Assembly (NCBI GenBank): GCA_951406725.2
Contig: OX597816.1
Span: 34,100,001 to 34,164,000 of the forward strand
Direction of reading: 5' to 3'
Length of the DNA: 64,000 nucleotides
DNA from: Octopus vulgaris
Taxonomy: Eukaryota
Shown here: piece by piece, positions 30,180 to 43,642 of the stretch
Numbering within the stretch: position 1 is the stretch's first letter
How the letters are laid out: each line of letters opens with the position of its first letter
Notes under the pieces: generated by a model
Told to the model about the DNA's origin: nothing
Databases searched by the model: none
The model's input: the letters and a program-made list of their open reading frames with translations, nothing else
Translations under genes and position numbers: made by a program

Positions 30180-30366
30180 CATCGATTTTATTCACTTTAT
30201 CGATCGCATTCTCACCTGGAATCGGTTTTTGTAATTTTATCAAGAATTATAAACGCCCTGATACCGTCGGTATCTACATATCAAATTTGAGCGCAATCGG
30301 ACGGAGGATGTCCGAGATCCTAGAAGACACGCACACAGACAGACAGAACGGATTTCATATAATAGA
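30180..30366 (-). mobile_element. 5' end of a non-autonomous Helitron-like element
   Basis: Minus strand A|TCtattatatgaaatccgttctgtctgtctg..ccgattgcgctcaaatttg: a TC start plus (CTGT)n, as in the 35030 end. Confidence 0.55.
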
Positions 30367-32754
30367 TGTGAAAAACATTTGTTAGCCTCTAGTAATTTTC
30401 TATGCCTGAAAATCCCAGTAATTTACAGATTGTTACTTAAAGGCTTACTAACATACGCAAATGAACAGTTAATTATTAGTATAGATATTGAAGTTACATT
30501 CCAGATAGAAACGTTCTGAAGAAAATATTCATGCTACCGGTGTCAACGTGATTTACCTCTTTTGTCTCAGATAACTTTATCAGATCCGTCAATCTTTAAA
30601 GTTTATACTTGACACGTAAATGCGAAACGGTAGGAGGGACACTTAAAGTCAAAACTACTAATATATTCTGGTTGCTTTGACTTTGGCTTTAAGAGTTCCT
30701 CCTAGCGTGTGTCATTATCTATAGAAATGACCACTATATAATATAAATAAATATATCTAACTGAAAAAAGTTGTTAGATGTTTTCTCTTATGATGTTTTT
30801 CACGCTAAGTACTTGATAAATTGTTATAAAGATTTTATCCTATTTTTAAATTGTATATACACTTCAGAATATATAAATGTAAATATGCATATATGTATCT
30901 AAATATGCACTTAAGTATGCATATACGTGTATTCACGAAATTGTGAAACAAACATGAATGCACCAACCCGGTAGGGCGTCTTTAAGCTATTCTTTATGGA
31001 GGGTTTTTCATTGGGCTTAACAATGATAATTCACGCACTGAGTATGAATTAAATTTTATTAAACTTGATCAATATTTTTATCAGGCAGTGAACAATTTTT
31101 CCTGAAAGCAATGATACAATTTGTCGACTTGGAACTTATTGCAAAACTGCATGATAAACAACATTTTTGTCTTCCCATTGAGGGGTCAGTGCAAATTTTT
31201 TCTGTCTAACCTATTTCTTTCTCTCTCTCTTTCTGTTGATTGTTTTCAGCCATCGCCTTCACCAGTACCACCCCCATCGCCACCACAACTGCCATACACA
31301 CACTAGTCAGACTTCTGACGCCACCATCCATAACTTTGACTTCCACCACAGCCACTACTGTTACGGCGCTTACTATCAGCATTGTCCCTGACTGGTTCAG
31401 TTACCACCACCACCACCACCATTACCACTATCATCATCACCGTCGCCTCCGTCTTTATGATAACTACAGCTCATACTGTTACAAGCAACCCATTACTATC
31501 ACAGATGTCAATCTACTACCGTCTCTATGCCTGCTATTTCTCCCTCACCCCAGCATGAGGAATAGTAAGAGTGTCAATGAACAGTGACACACTGACACAC
31601 AGAAATTATTTTTCGCATTTATTATATCAGATGTATTCGTTGATGTATTAGGCATGTATATATGCATTTGTATATCTACGTTTGTATGAATATCTTTATA
31701 TATCCATATTGGTGCGTGCATGCATGCACATTTGTTAGAGGTTTCCAATTAAGATTTGGTTTAAATATTTGTAAACATAGATAAAGAGATGTAGATATAC
31801 ATATCTGTGTAAGTTTACATTACGCATTTCATAATTATATTATTCCCTGTATATTTACAAAGCTGCATTAACATATATCAAATGCAGATTTCTAATTTCT
31901 TGTTTCCAGTACTTCAAGATTTATAACGAAAGCTGTATATAGCTTCAATGATTGTGTGATATATGTGAATTATAAGGCAGATGCAGCTGAGGTAATTTCC
32001 TTGTTATTCGTAATAGATACCTTTCTTGTACCATCTGCGACAAATATCTACGTCTTCACGTCCAAAAATTTCTACTACTCTGCACAATTCATTTCCTCGT
32101 TCCAGTTAATTAAGACTCTTGTGCATATAGAAGTTTGAAAAGAAATATTCCAATATATCATAGGTGAATATATATTCCCTTTAATATAAATTGGTATAAT
32201 TTGATCTTCCAGTATGTCATGTTGGCCAATTATATTATTAAGAATATTTCAATGTAATTTACATGTTATGCGAAGATATTTTAACGACAATATTTTCCAA
32301 CAGCTTCTTATACAGAGGGTTACATATTTGTTACTTTACCTCATTAAAATTTGCCATAAAATATTTACAAAAAGTAGCTTGCGGGTTGCTACTAATGACA
32401 TATAGATGATAGGCTATTATACATGTAGCTACTACCTAAGTGGAGCGTTAGTATTGGCCATAATACAAACAGATAATATGTATTTCAGGGCACACGCACA
32501 TAAACCACATCATGTATATCCATTCATGCGCATAGGTGTATATATAATTACATGTATACGCATAGATCTGCAGATGCATATATATATATATACATATATA
32601 TCCACTCATAGATTAATACAAATGTTCATATAAGTAGATCTATCTATCTCACTTCCCCCTCTCTCTATATATATACGTAGATATACACATACATTTATAT
32701 ATAGGTACATACATATACAGATGTATATATACACTAATGTATATATATATATAT

Positions 32755-33051
32755 GAGGGCGCGTCGCTTAGTGGTTGTGAGTTCGATTCCCGGCGACGCG
32801 TTGTGTCCTTGACCAAGACACTTTATTTCACGTTGCTCCAGTCCACTCAGCTGGCAAAAATGAGTTGTACTTGTATTTCAAAGGGTTAGCCTTGTCACTC
32901 TCTGTGTCACGCTGATTATCCCCGAGAACTACGTTAAGGGTACACGTGTCTGTGGAATGCTCAGCCATTTGCACGTTAATTTCACGAGCAAGCTGTTCCG
33001 TTGATCGTATCAGCTGGGACCCTCGTTGTCGTAACCGGCGGAGTCTTTTTT

Positions 33052-33052
<1 letters not shown>
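32755..33052 (+). mobile_element. tRNA-derived SINE with conserved central domain
   Basis: gcttagtggtt (A box), GAGTTCGATTCC (B box), then ttgtgtccttgaccaagacactt typical of CORE/Nin-like SINE bodies; T-run end. Confidence 0.8.
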
Positions 33053-33116
<64 letters not shown>

Positions 33117-33468
33117 TAGCAGAAATACCCGCCGTTATTCGGGATTAATATGGCATAGTTTGTGTATATATTAGTTGTGTTGCCACAGGGGATACGAGAA
33201 AGTGCAGAATTATCAAGAGAACATTTATAGAATAAATGTTGTGCTAAATTGTCTAAGCTACATATCATGTGTCCTTTGAGAATATTCTGGGCCCTAACCA
33301 GTAATGGAAAATCGAGGATGGGGGCTATGTGATTTTTAAACGCTCTGAAAATCTGTCACTGGATATACTCTCCTTTGCGGTGGTCAGCGCAGCGTCTAGC
33401 CCTAACAATCATCTGAAATTTTGACACTTCCGTCGGGTGTGTTGTCTTACAGCATTCATAAAATGAAT

Positions 33469-33930
33469 TTAAAGTAACTGTAGTTGTTCATTTGTGGGTA
33501 ACGGAAAAGCAATGAGGTGATAGACAAGCCCTTGAACTTTCAACGTTGGCTTAAATCGATGTTCAACTTTCTCCTTAGATGCTCTAAAATATGTCATTTT
33601 AAATGCAGATGTGTATTGTCTGATATTGTTCAGATGATTCTTTGACTGGATGGAAGAACCTTCCAGAAGATCGATAAGAAGTTGAGGAGGAGCTGTTAGT
33701 TTTGGCAATGTTGCTTTACAAACTGAGCGGAACATACCATTAGTTTGATTTGGAAACTCTAAAGCTTTGCAGAAACGACAATTTAGATTTAGCTCGCCAA
33801 TTTGGACGAAATAATCATTTTTATAAGAATGGGATGCATCATATCTCAAAGCAGCTCTTGCAGTTGTGGAGAACGAATTTGGGCGTAATCTGATTCTGAA
33901 GGTTGTTCTATTGAGCGTCTGTCTAATCAA
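33469..33930 (-). pseudogene. Helitron RepHel N-terminal fragment
   Basis: IG....CRFCKA..F, LPKL..PP, NIRQYTSAFKMT and KVQGLVYHLI match the conserved pre-Rep region (NIRxYNSxFxMTS, KIQGQVYHxIG). Confidence 0.88.
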
Positions 33931-33959
33931 TTAAAATATTGTTTAAATGATTCAGCATA

Positions 33960-34855
33960 AAGTCCTGCTGCATGCCTTTACTGATCTTGGATCAGATTTC
34001 ATTTGATATAGTGCCGCCTGCACTTGATGATCTTGGGTAAGTCTCATCTACATTCTCCCCTGAGACCCTATTTGATGCGCTGCACCATGCCTTTGCTGAT
34101 TCTGAGAAAGTCTGATCTCCTTTCTCTTTTGAGACCCCATTTCACGTGATGCAGTATGCGTTCGCTGTTGCTGAGAAAGTTTCATCTCCTTTCTCTCTTA
34201 AGACAGCATTTGACGTGCTACAGCCTGAAGTTGCTGATATTGAGAAAGTATCACCTCTCTTCTCTCTTGACATCTCCCTTCTCTCTTGAGATCACATTAG
34301 ACGTGTTGCAGCATGCATTTGCTGATATTGAAAAAGTTTCACCTCCCTTCTGTATTGAGGCTCTATCTGATGTGCTGCAGGATGCATTTGGTAATCTTGA
34401 GGGAGTCTCATCTCCCTTCTCTCTTGAGAATACATCTGACGTGCTGTAGCATGCACTTGCTGGTTTTGAGAAAGTCACGTCACCCTTCTCTCTTGTGACT
34501 TAACTTGGCATGTTGCAGCATGCATTTGCTGATCGTGGGAAAGTCTCATCTCCCTTTTGTATTGAGAATCCATCTGGCGTGCTGTAGTAATCCACTGGTG
34601 ACCTTGAGAAAGCCTCAGTGGGCTTCTCTCTTAAGACTCCATTTTTTGTGCTGTAATATGCATTTGGTGATCTTGAGAAACTACTATTACCCATTTGCAT
34701 TTAGACCTCGCTTGGTGTGCTGAAGCAAGCAATTTGTGATATTTGTACAATCTCAGACTTCTTCTCTCTTGATATTCCATTTTCATGTGTTGCATTTGCT
34801 GATCCTCGGAAAGTCTCATCTTTCTTCTGTATTAGGAACACATTTGATGTGCATT
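33960..34855. repeat. Diverged 69-bp tandem repeat (~12 units) inside the Helitron
   Basis: The anchor gagaaagt recurs at 34104, 34173 and 34242 (period 69 = 23 codons). Confidence 0.85.
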
Positions 34856-35140
34856 TTGTATACTTATTACCGACCAGTGCCTATGTTATATTGTTTTAGT
34901 CCAAATGACATGAAATTACATGTTAACAGTCACAGTTCCTGATATTATTACCTTGTGAAGTTTGATACGATTTAATCGAGCCGTTTGGGCCTGCATATAG
35001 AACAGACAGACAGAGAGGTAAAACTTTTATATAAATATAAATATGAGGTTTTGTAAAGAAACAGATAGTTCTTTCGAGGCATGTTTTACATCCAAGCTTC
35101 CTCTGGTTATTCTATATATCAGTAAATTTACTTCTGAAAT

Positions 35141-35178
<38 letters not shown>

Positions 35179-37499
35179 TTCATGTGTGTGAGCGTGTGTG
35201 TTTGTGTCTCTGTGTGTATCTTAAAAAATAGATTCATGACGGTCGAAATCATGACATCGTACTGTCGACCTTTCAAGAAAATTCAATTTCTCAGTGAATC
35301 ATATATATTAAACAGACGATCAACTCAAATAATATAGCATATTTATAGGACTATCTATTTATCTACAACAAAATGACGATCATATAGCTGTGGCTCAGGT
35401 GATTCAAATCATGATGGCGTCTTCGTTTTAGTCTTTTGATTATGATTAATGACGAAGCAAATTACAACAAAATTCTTACCAGTAAATTACCATTGCGTTT
35501 ACCCTCTATCACATTACCGTTAAGACCTCAAGTAGTGATTGAAGAAGATAAAAACCAGCAGAAATCCTGGGTAGCAATAAACAGTAAATGACAAGCTATG
35601 TGGTCAAACCATCTCAACTATTACAGAACTTCTTGTATTAGAATGTCATAGGAATGATGTTAGTAAATGATAAAGGTCAAATATACGTTATACTTAAACC
35701 TGTCAATCTCTGTCTATCAAGTGCAACGTTTTTGAGACATGTTCAAGATACAACTCTGTCTTCACTGCTATGAAAAAATACATGTACAAATCTAGAAGAA
35801 ATCAACCAAAGAAAAAATGTAACTTGAATTTGTCTGGAAAAAATCTGCATAATTATAAAATTAAAATCTTCTGAGAAGAAAGAATGTGGATTAACCGAAG
35901 AAATTATTGACATCTGATGTTATTGGAGTGGTGAGGTAAGAATAAAATTGTATTATTGGTGCAAAGCTGAGAATGAGAATTAAATCATTAACTACATTGA
36001 TTAAATTAAGTCATTATATGGAGAGATATAACAAAAAATGAAATATAATAGATTGTTATTTCTTAAATACTATGTATTATTTCGTCTGTTGTCATAATGT
36101 TGCTAGCTGATTGAGATTACAGGGCTGATATCGAAAGAAATGATTAGCAGATGACGTTAATGAGTAACACAAAGATATATCACATCATCGCCTCTAATTA
36201 TACATCTAGCATCTATACAATTAATTCGATTTCTTTTGAAGAATTCGATGAATTTAATGTGTAATTAATTACTGGAACACAGAATGTTTCTTTTTTGAGT
36301 GTGTAAAAGAAGACTTCAATAATGTTATAATTAAGTGATTTCAGATCACATGGAACACAAAAGTATTCTTCACTTTTTCTTAATTCTATTAGATAGTGGG
36401 CTGAGAGAGAAGTCCAATGAATCAATACTTGGTTCTCTACACATATGTGAGAGAATGTGTCTGGCGGTGTTGTGCGATTGACCTTCGACATATTTCTATT
36501 CACGGCCGGCTCTTGTTTCCATAGTTTGCATTCGATAGCACGTTTTAAAGTAATCTCCATGTAGATCTACGATAGATGATAGAGATGTGTAGTTTTACAC
36601 AAAATTTGACTACAGTAGTTCAACCAGACTTCAATTTATCTATTTTTGTGAGTTTAAATTAAACTTCTCCGTCACCTGCCCGCTTTTGTAAAATGTATAG
36701 TTCTATAATTGAACCGAACTTACGCAGTGACTTACATATTTTAGTTTTATTGATGAATAGCCTGGATTCGTGAGAGATATATGTTTATAATGTTTAGTAC
36801 ATTTATTATGAATAAAAAACAATAGAAGAGTAAACACCAAACAAATACATAACATGTATTCAATGTAATGAAACAGCTGCATATATAGGTGGGGGAATCA
36901 CGTGCTTTGCGAAAAGGAAATAACGGCTGAAGCATTTTTCATATTTGTACATATTTTTTTTCAACTATCATATTGCAGAAAATTTCACATTAAATTCTGT
37001 CTATATATCTTTGGTTGCTATGGTAATTACACACACTTGTTAAACTTTAGTGCGGTAAATATTACACATCTGCAGTGCAATACTGTAGTTGTATTCTTTA
37101 CTACGTTTTGGTTGAAGTAGATGTCTCCGGTTTACTTGCATTATATTATCAATAATTAAATCAGCGCATGGGTTCATTAGGCGAAATAGTAAAATCCGTC
37201 GGTATTTTGATGTTTAGAAGATCATACCTCTCTGGACGAAAATAGTTAATCTGCTTTTAGTATACCGTATTTGTTCATAATACAGGATTAACAGCTTGAA
37301 TTTTGTGTGTCATAAGTAGTAGGTGTTATCAAAATATTCAGATTTATCGCAGAACAGTGGCTACATTGTATATCAAATGTCTGTGAAATGCTTCATTATC
37401 ATTATAGGCAAATTATTACAGAAATTTTGCGGATTAGCCATATTATATTAAATAGTAAGTGTCTGAAGAGGCAGAAAACATTATATATATATATATATG

Positions 37500-37968
<469 letters not shown>

Positions 37969-38525
37969 ATGCCCTGATGCAGTACCAGGCAGTGGCTCTC
38001 ATGGCTTCTGATCTTAACTGATTGGAAGTGTTATCATGTACATTGTTTTGTCTTGGTATAAAAGATGGGCTACAGCAAATATTCTGCTCAGTACCACAGA
38101 TTTGCTTGTCAGTTGTTTGACCTTAACCAGTTGAGCATGTCCCTTAGTGGCTAACGATATGTGCATCTCTGATCACGAGCAGAAGTAGTGGGGGAGCATC
38201 ATAGCCATGTGTTGAGAGGGATTGTTTGGGGTTTGAATAGTTCACCTCTGGAAACATGGGTGTTCCTTTCAACATCCTTAAACAACACTTATTCAGGGAC
38301 CGTTTGAGCGGGATGGGCTACTCGACCAGAAGAAAATTCTAACTGGGCCCCACCTGCAAGGTCATGTGCTGTTTATCTTGATATGAGATCACCATGTCAC
38401 GCACATATGGTTGTGATGCATGTGCCTGGTGTAACTTTATCAGACGGGTAGTCATGATGGGTATATTGGGCTTCGTATATTTTACCCCAGTGTCACTTTG
38501 ATGGCATGAACTGCTCTCTCACTCA
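37969..38525 (+). mobile_element. Full-length ~555-bp non-coding interspersed element in (TAA)n
   Basis: atgccctgatgcagtaccagg...ctgctctctcactca; at least 8 full or partial copies in this window, always in TAA/GAA arrays; no ORF. Confidence 0.88.
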
Positions 38526-38533
38526 ATAATAAT

Positions 38534-38586
<53 letters not shown>

Positions 38587-38640
38587 TAATAATAATGACA
38601 ATAGTAATAATGATAATAATAATAATAATGATAATAATAA

Positions 38641-38715
<75 letters not shown>

Positions 38716-38985
38716 GGGTAATTTTAATTAATTAATTAATTAATAATTAATAATTCCACCAATTAGTGATTCAGTATGTAAAAGAGCATTATAGGTAAAT
38801 TTAAAACAATATTTATTATAATAATTTATTATTATAATTTATTATAATATTTATTATAATAATGGTTAGGCAAAAGAATTTGTTTCACCACACACCGAAC
38901 TTTAGAAATAGCAGCCAAAGGAACTAGCTATTTCTTCTACTGTAAAAAACAACTCCCAGAAAATATATGCTCAAAAACATATCAC

Positions 38986-39012
<27 letters not shown>

Positions 39013-39021
<9 letters not shown>

Positions 39022-39653
39022 AATCCAAACGGGAAAACAAAAAAACAACAACACGTGGAACAATTACAGTATTATTATTAATAGGCGCTCAGGAAATATG
39101 GAAGCAGGAAGGTATGACGTTTCGAGCGGAGCTCTTCGTCGGAAACATAAAGAAGGAAGAGAGAGGAAAGAAAGATCCCAAAGTGGGCAACAAGAGATGG
39201 AGAAAAAAAACGACTGGTGTTTACGAAGTACACATGGTGAAAGGCGGAAATTTACGATAACAAGAGCAAAGTAGGTTTTTAAAGCCAAAAGAGTGGAGAC
39301 AGGGTTGGTAACGCAACAGATGTGTGTGTATGTGTGAGTGTGTGCGTGTGCGTGTGTATATGTGTGTGAGGCGAGATAAAAAAAAAAAAAAATATATGTA
39401 TATGTTAGTGTATGCGTCTGTGTGTAGGCGTGTGAGGTAGGGCGAACAGTAGTCGGCAGCAGACAGTGGTCAGTAGTAAGAAAATGAAGGAAGGAGGAAG
39501 GAAGGGAGGGGAAGGGGTGGGGGCGTATGTAACGTGCCAGCGTGTGTTGAGTAGTAGTGTGTGTGTGTGTCCAGTGTCGTGGTTGTATTAATGGCGAGTA
39601 GATTTGAAGGGTGTGTAAGAGTAACGTATATATTTAAGCAATGTGTGTGTGTG
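39013..39653 (-). repeat. 3' pseudo-LTR
   Basis: Direct repeat of 43643-44295 with few substitutions or indels. Confidence 0.92.
39112..39146 (-). ncRNA. Minimal type-I hammerhead-ribozyme-like motif
   Basis: Minus strand GUUU CCGACGA A GAGC UCC GCUC GAAA CGU C AUAC: core, stem II, palindromic ACGU stem III and GUC site. Confidence 0.7.
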
Positions 39654-40519
39654 TGTGTGTATGCGTGTGATTGTCAGTGCATGGGTGTATGTCTGTGTGT
39701 GTGTATGTCTGAAGTAGGTATGTGTGTGTATGTATGTATGTATGTGTGTGTGTGTGCGGGTATGTGTGTATGTGTGTGTATGTGTGTGTGTGAGTAGGTG
39801 TGCGTGTATGTATGTGGGTAGGGATGCATGCGAGTGTGTGGGTATGTGTGCATACATACGCACGCGCACACCCGAAGCAAGCCCACACACACGAAGCGCG
39901 CTCACGCACACAACACACAAGCAATACAACGCAAGCCCATGGGGCCGACCAAGACCCCAGCGCGCGCCAAGGCGCGCGAGCGCAAAGGCCCTCGTATGAC
40001 CCGCTACGCGGGAACCGAAGATCCATCAGCCAAAACCGGAAAGCAAGAAAGAGGGGGCGAGCTGCTGGATATAAAAAGGTGTATGTGTGTGTGCATGCAG
40101 TGTAAGGGTGTGCATGTGTGGGTATGTATGTATGTGTGTGCCTACATATATGTGTGCATGTGTGTGTGTGTGAAGTATGTACGTGCGGTGTGTGTGTGAG
40201 TGTGTGTGTTTGTATGTGCGTATGTATGTGTGTATGTATGTGTGTATGTATGTCTGTGTGTGTGTGTGTGTGTAAGTATGTATGTGTGTGTGTATGTATG
40301 TATGTGTGTGTGTATGTGCATGTTGGTTTGTATGTTAGTGTGTGCATGTATGTCTATAAGTGTGTGTGATTAAATGTGTGAATGTATGTACGTAGGTGAA
40401 TGTATGTACGTAGATGTGTCTACGTATGTGTGTGTGAACAGGCGTGTGGGAGGTAGGTAGGTGTGTGTGTGTGGGTGGGTGGTGTATCCGGGAAACAAAA
40501 AAAGAAGAAGAAGAGGACC

Positions 40520-43437
40520 TCAAGAGGAGGGGGCTGTGTTAAGTCCGTGTGGGGTAGTAGTTTGTAGGGTGAAGATGTAGCGTTGCTCCAAGTGGAGCCT
40601 GGAAAGTGGGCGACCATTGTGGGGGCGAGACCAAACACTGAGATGTCATCTAGGGAATGGCCGGCCGAGCGGAAGTGGCGTGCGACGGGAGAAAAAGAGT
40701 GTAGGCGAACGTCTCTCAAATGTTCTGTGAATCGGTCGGACAACCGGCGTCCCGTCTGTCCTACGTACAGCATCCCGCATAGGTTGCATTTAATGCAGTA
40801 AATAAGGCCAGACGAGGTGCACGTAAAAGAGTGCCTAATGCGTACAGTATGCTGGTTGGAGCCGGTGACAGCGGTGGTGTTGGTGATGAAGGGGCAAGTG
40901 TTGCAGCGGGATCTAGAGCAAGGGAATGATAATGTGGGGCTGAGGGGGAAGGAGAGAGGGTGCTGTGGACCAGGAGGTCTCGCAGATTGCGGGCTCGTTT
41001 GAAGGAGGACAGGTGTGGGTTAGGGAAAATGGGGCGGGTGGTGGGATCAAGCTGGAGGCGACGGAAGGCACGTAGTATCTTGCGACGAAGGGGTAGGGTA
41101 GAGGGGTGGAAAAGGAGGGCGAAGGTGATGCGGTTGGGGGGTGGGCTTTGGGAAGGAGACAGGGCGGTGCGGTCCATGCGACGGGCGCGGGTGAGGGCAT
41201 CAGAGAGGAGTATGGGTGGGTAACCTCGGAGTTCTGAACATGCGGGCCAGGTATTGAGATTGGGTCTCGAAATCCTGGTCGCGGCTGCACAAACGTCGGA
41301 GGCGGAGGAACTGGGAGTAGGGGATGGCTCGTTTGGTGTGGAAGGGGTGTGAGGAAGAGAAGTTGAGATAGAGGTGGGAATCCGTAGGTTTAAAGAGAGT
41401 TGGAGGGGTGATCGATGCGGAGAGAGATGTCAAGGAATTTGACAGAGGTGTTGGAGATGGTGGAGGTGAATTGAAGAGAGGGGTGAAAGTTTGAAAGGAA
41501 AGAGATGAATTGGCAGAGAAGTTCACGGGAAAGGGAGGTGGCACCTACGCAGTCGTCGATATAGCGACCGTATAGTTCGGGGGTCGGCCCAGAAAACTGG
41601 GAGAACACTTGGGCCTCAATGTAGCCAAGAAAGAGATTGGCGAAATTGGGGCCCATCCTAGTTCCCATCGCGACCCCGGACAACTGTTGGTACGTTTCCC
41701 CGGCGAACGTGAAGCAATTAAGGGTGAGGACGAGCTCGGCTAAACGGAGAAGGGTGGGGTCGGGACGACGGTCGAGGAAGTGTTGGAGGGCTAGGAGACC
41801 GTCATTGTGGGGAATCACTGTGTACAGGGATTTTACATCTAATGTGAAGAGGAGGTGTGAGGGGCTGGAAGGGAAGGAAAAGGAATTGAAGAGACGGAGG
41901 GCGTGGTTGGTGTCGTGTATGTGGGATGGGAGGGCTGCGACTAAGGGGGACAGGATGCGGTCGAGGTATAGGGAGATGAGTTCAGTGGGGCAATTACAGG
42001 CAGAGACTATGGGACGGCCAGGATTAGAGGGTTTATGGATCTTGGGAAGGAAGTAGATGGTGGAGGTGCGGGGTGTGCGGACGATGAGGTTGGTGGCGGT
42101 GGGGGGAGAGCGGAGGAGGAGATGAGGTCGCGGATGGTGGAGGACACTCGCTGTTGGTAGCAGGAAGTGGGATCGGAGGGGAGGAGGCGATAGAAGAGGG
42201 GATTTTGAAGCTGGTTGAGCGCTTCCTCCCTGTATAGGTCCGCGCGCCACACTACCACTGCCCCGCCTTTGTCCGCCGGTTTGATGACAATGTCATTACG
42301 TCGGCGGAGGTGGCGAAGGGCAATGGATTCGGCCCGAGTGAGGTTGGCTCGGCGGGGTCTTGGTTCAAAGTTGAAACGGTGGACCAAAGCGTTGCAGTCA
42401 TGTACAAACGAATCTAGGCTACTGAAAAGGCCTGGGGGCGGCGTCCAGATGGATGGACGACGCCCCAGCTCCAAAAGGCAATCCTGATTGTTGTGACGCT
42501 GCGGGGACGCATGGTAGTATGCGCAAAGTTTGAGGCGGCGCAGGAACAGGTTGACGTCCGCCCGAGTCTCGAACTCATCACAGTGGCGCGTGAGTGCCGT
42601 GAAGCGGAGACCCCTACTGAGGAGAGAGCGCTCGGCGGCGGAGAGGGGGAGGTTGGGGGGTATAGTGACAACAGCGCGAGGAAGCGGGGTGGTGGGAGGA
42701 CTAGGGGCAGGCAGAGGGGGTGCAGGGGTGTGACGGGGAGGGTATGGGTGGTTGGGTGAAGATGGGTTAGGCGTAGGAAGGTCACGGTGGGGGGGTTCGT
42801 GAAAGGGGGGGTTAGGTGCGAAGGAGGGGGGAACAGTGGGGGAGGATGGGGAAGGGGGTGAGGGGTTGAGGAGGAGGTGGAGTTTTTTGTTTTTTGTGTG
42901 TGTGAGGTAGTTGTAGAGTTGGTGGTTGAGATTAAGAATGAAGCGGAGGATAGGTTGGGTGAAGAGTGGAGGGCAGAGGGCGGAGAGAAGGAGGTAGGCC
43001 TGGGGAAGTTGATGGTCGAGGGAGTCAAGGAGGGGGCGGGTGGAGCGGATGGTGGCGCGGAGGAGGGAGCGGGAGGTACGAGCGAGGGTGGGTTCGATGA
43101 AGGGGGAGGAATAGGGGGTAACGTGGAACTTCAAGAAGAAACCGCGGGGTGTGACATGATGGCGGAGGCAACGGCTAAGAAAGGAAAGATGGCTTGAATG
43201 GCGAGTTTTCTTATAAAGCAAGCGGGAAAGTTTTATAGCAGGTGCGGAACATTGTGGGGGGAAGAACGCGAGGTAGCGGCTAAGGAGGGATTGAAGGTGT
43301 TGGACGAACGAGAGCAAGTCAGGCATGATGCGAAGTGGTGGAAAACAGGTAAAGGTGGGTGGTGGCGAAACAGGAAAAAGGAGAGACAAAAGGAAAACAA
43401 CAAAAGAAGAAAAAGGGTGAAAACAGTTTGTAAACAA
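40520..43437 (-). pseudogene. Penelope-like RT-GIY-YIG polyprotein, split by several frameshifts
   Basis: IVIKPADKGGAVVVW; YFLPKIHKP..PGRPIVS; TLDVKSLYT; GVAMGTRMGPNFANLFLG; YGRYIDD; KPTDSHLYL..SSHP..IPYSQFLRLRRLCS; C..RC..C linker; GLIYCIKCNLCGMLYVGQTGRRL..RF.EH; PHGLN. Confidence 0.93.
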
Positions 43438-43642
43438 TAGAAAAATTTGAAAAAAGTCAGGAAAGAGATTTGAGAGTCAACGGACAGATTAGGTAATGAT
43501 TTTCAATCACGAAAATGGCGGTACTCCGGAAGAAGGTTGCAGGCGATCCGTGGGTCTGGAAGAATGGTAACAATAATCCGTAGGTGCAAAAATCCGGGAA
43601 TTGGTATCCAAGGTACAAGGGGTCTGTGTAGGCGCGCAGTGG

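Larger units (their letters stand above)
33116..35046 (-). mobile_element. Internally deleted Helitron
   Basis: Minus-strand 3' end cccgaataacggcgggtatttctgCTAG (hairpin plus CTAG); 5' end tatttatataaaa..ctgtctgtctg; internal RepHel fragment. Confidence 0.88.

Noticed and set aside
31240-31587. Thr/His-rich 115-aa ORF
   Set aside because: Decayed (CAC/CAT/TAC)n low-complexity sequence with no splice or homology support.
33960-34855. Regularly spaced repeats suggesting a CRISPR array
   Set aside because: Whole units are homologous with no unique spacers, there are no cas genes, and the context is a eukaryotic Helitron.
38245-38300. Hammerhead, HDV or twister fold in the 555-bp element
   Set aside because: By eye, CTGAATAA/GAAAC and the candidate P1 pairings do not complete a canonical fold; a covariance-model search is needed.
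37969-38525. Solo LTR interpretation (TG...CA ends, internal TATA)
   Set aside because: No TSD, PBS or PPT seen, and the one-sided truncation series in TAA arrays fits non-LTR insertion better. Not fully excluded.
41637-43440. Plus-strand ORFs overlapping the Penelope ORF
   Set aside because: Antisense shadows of a GC-rich coding strand.
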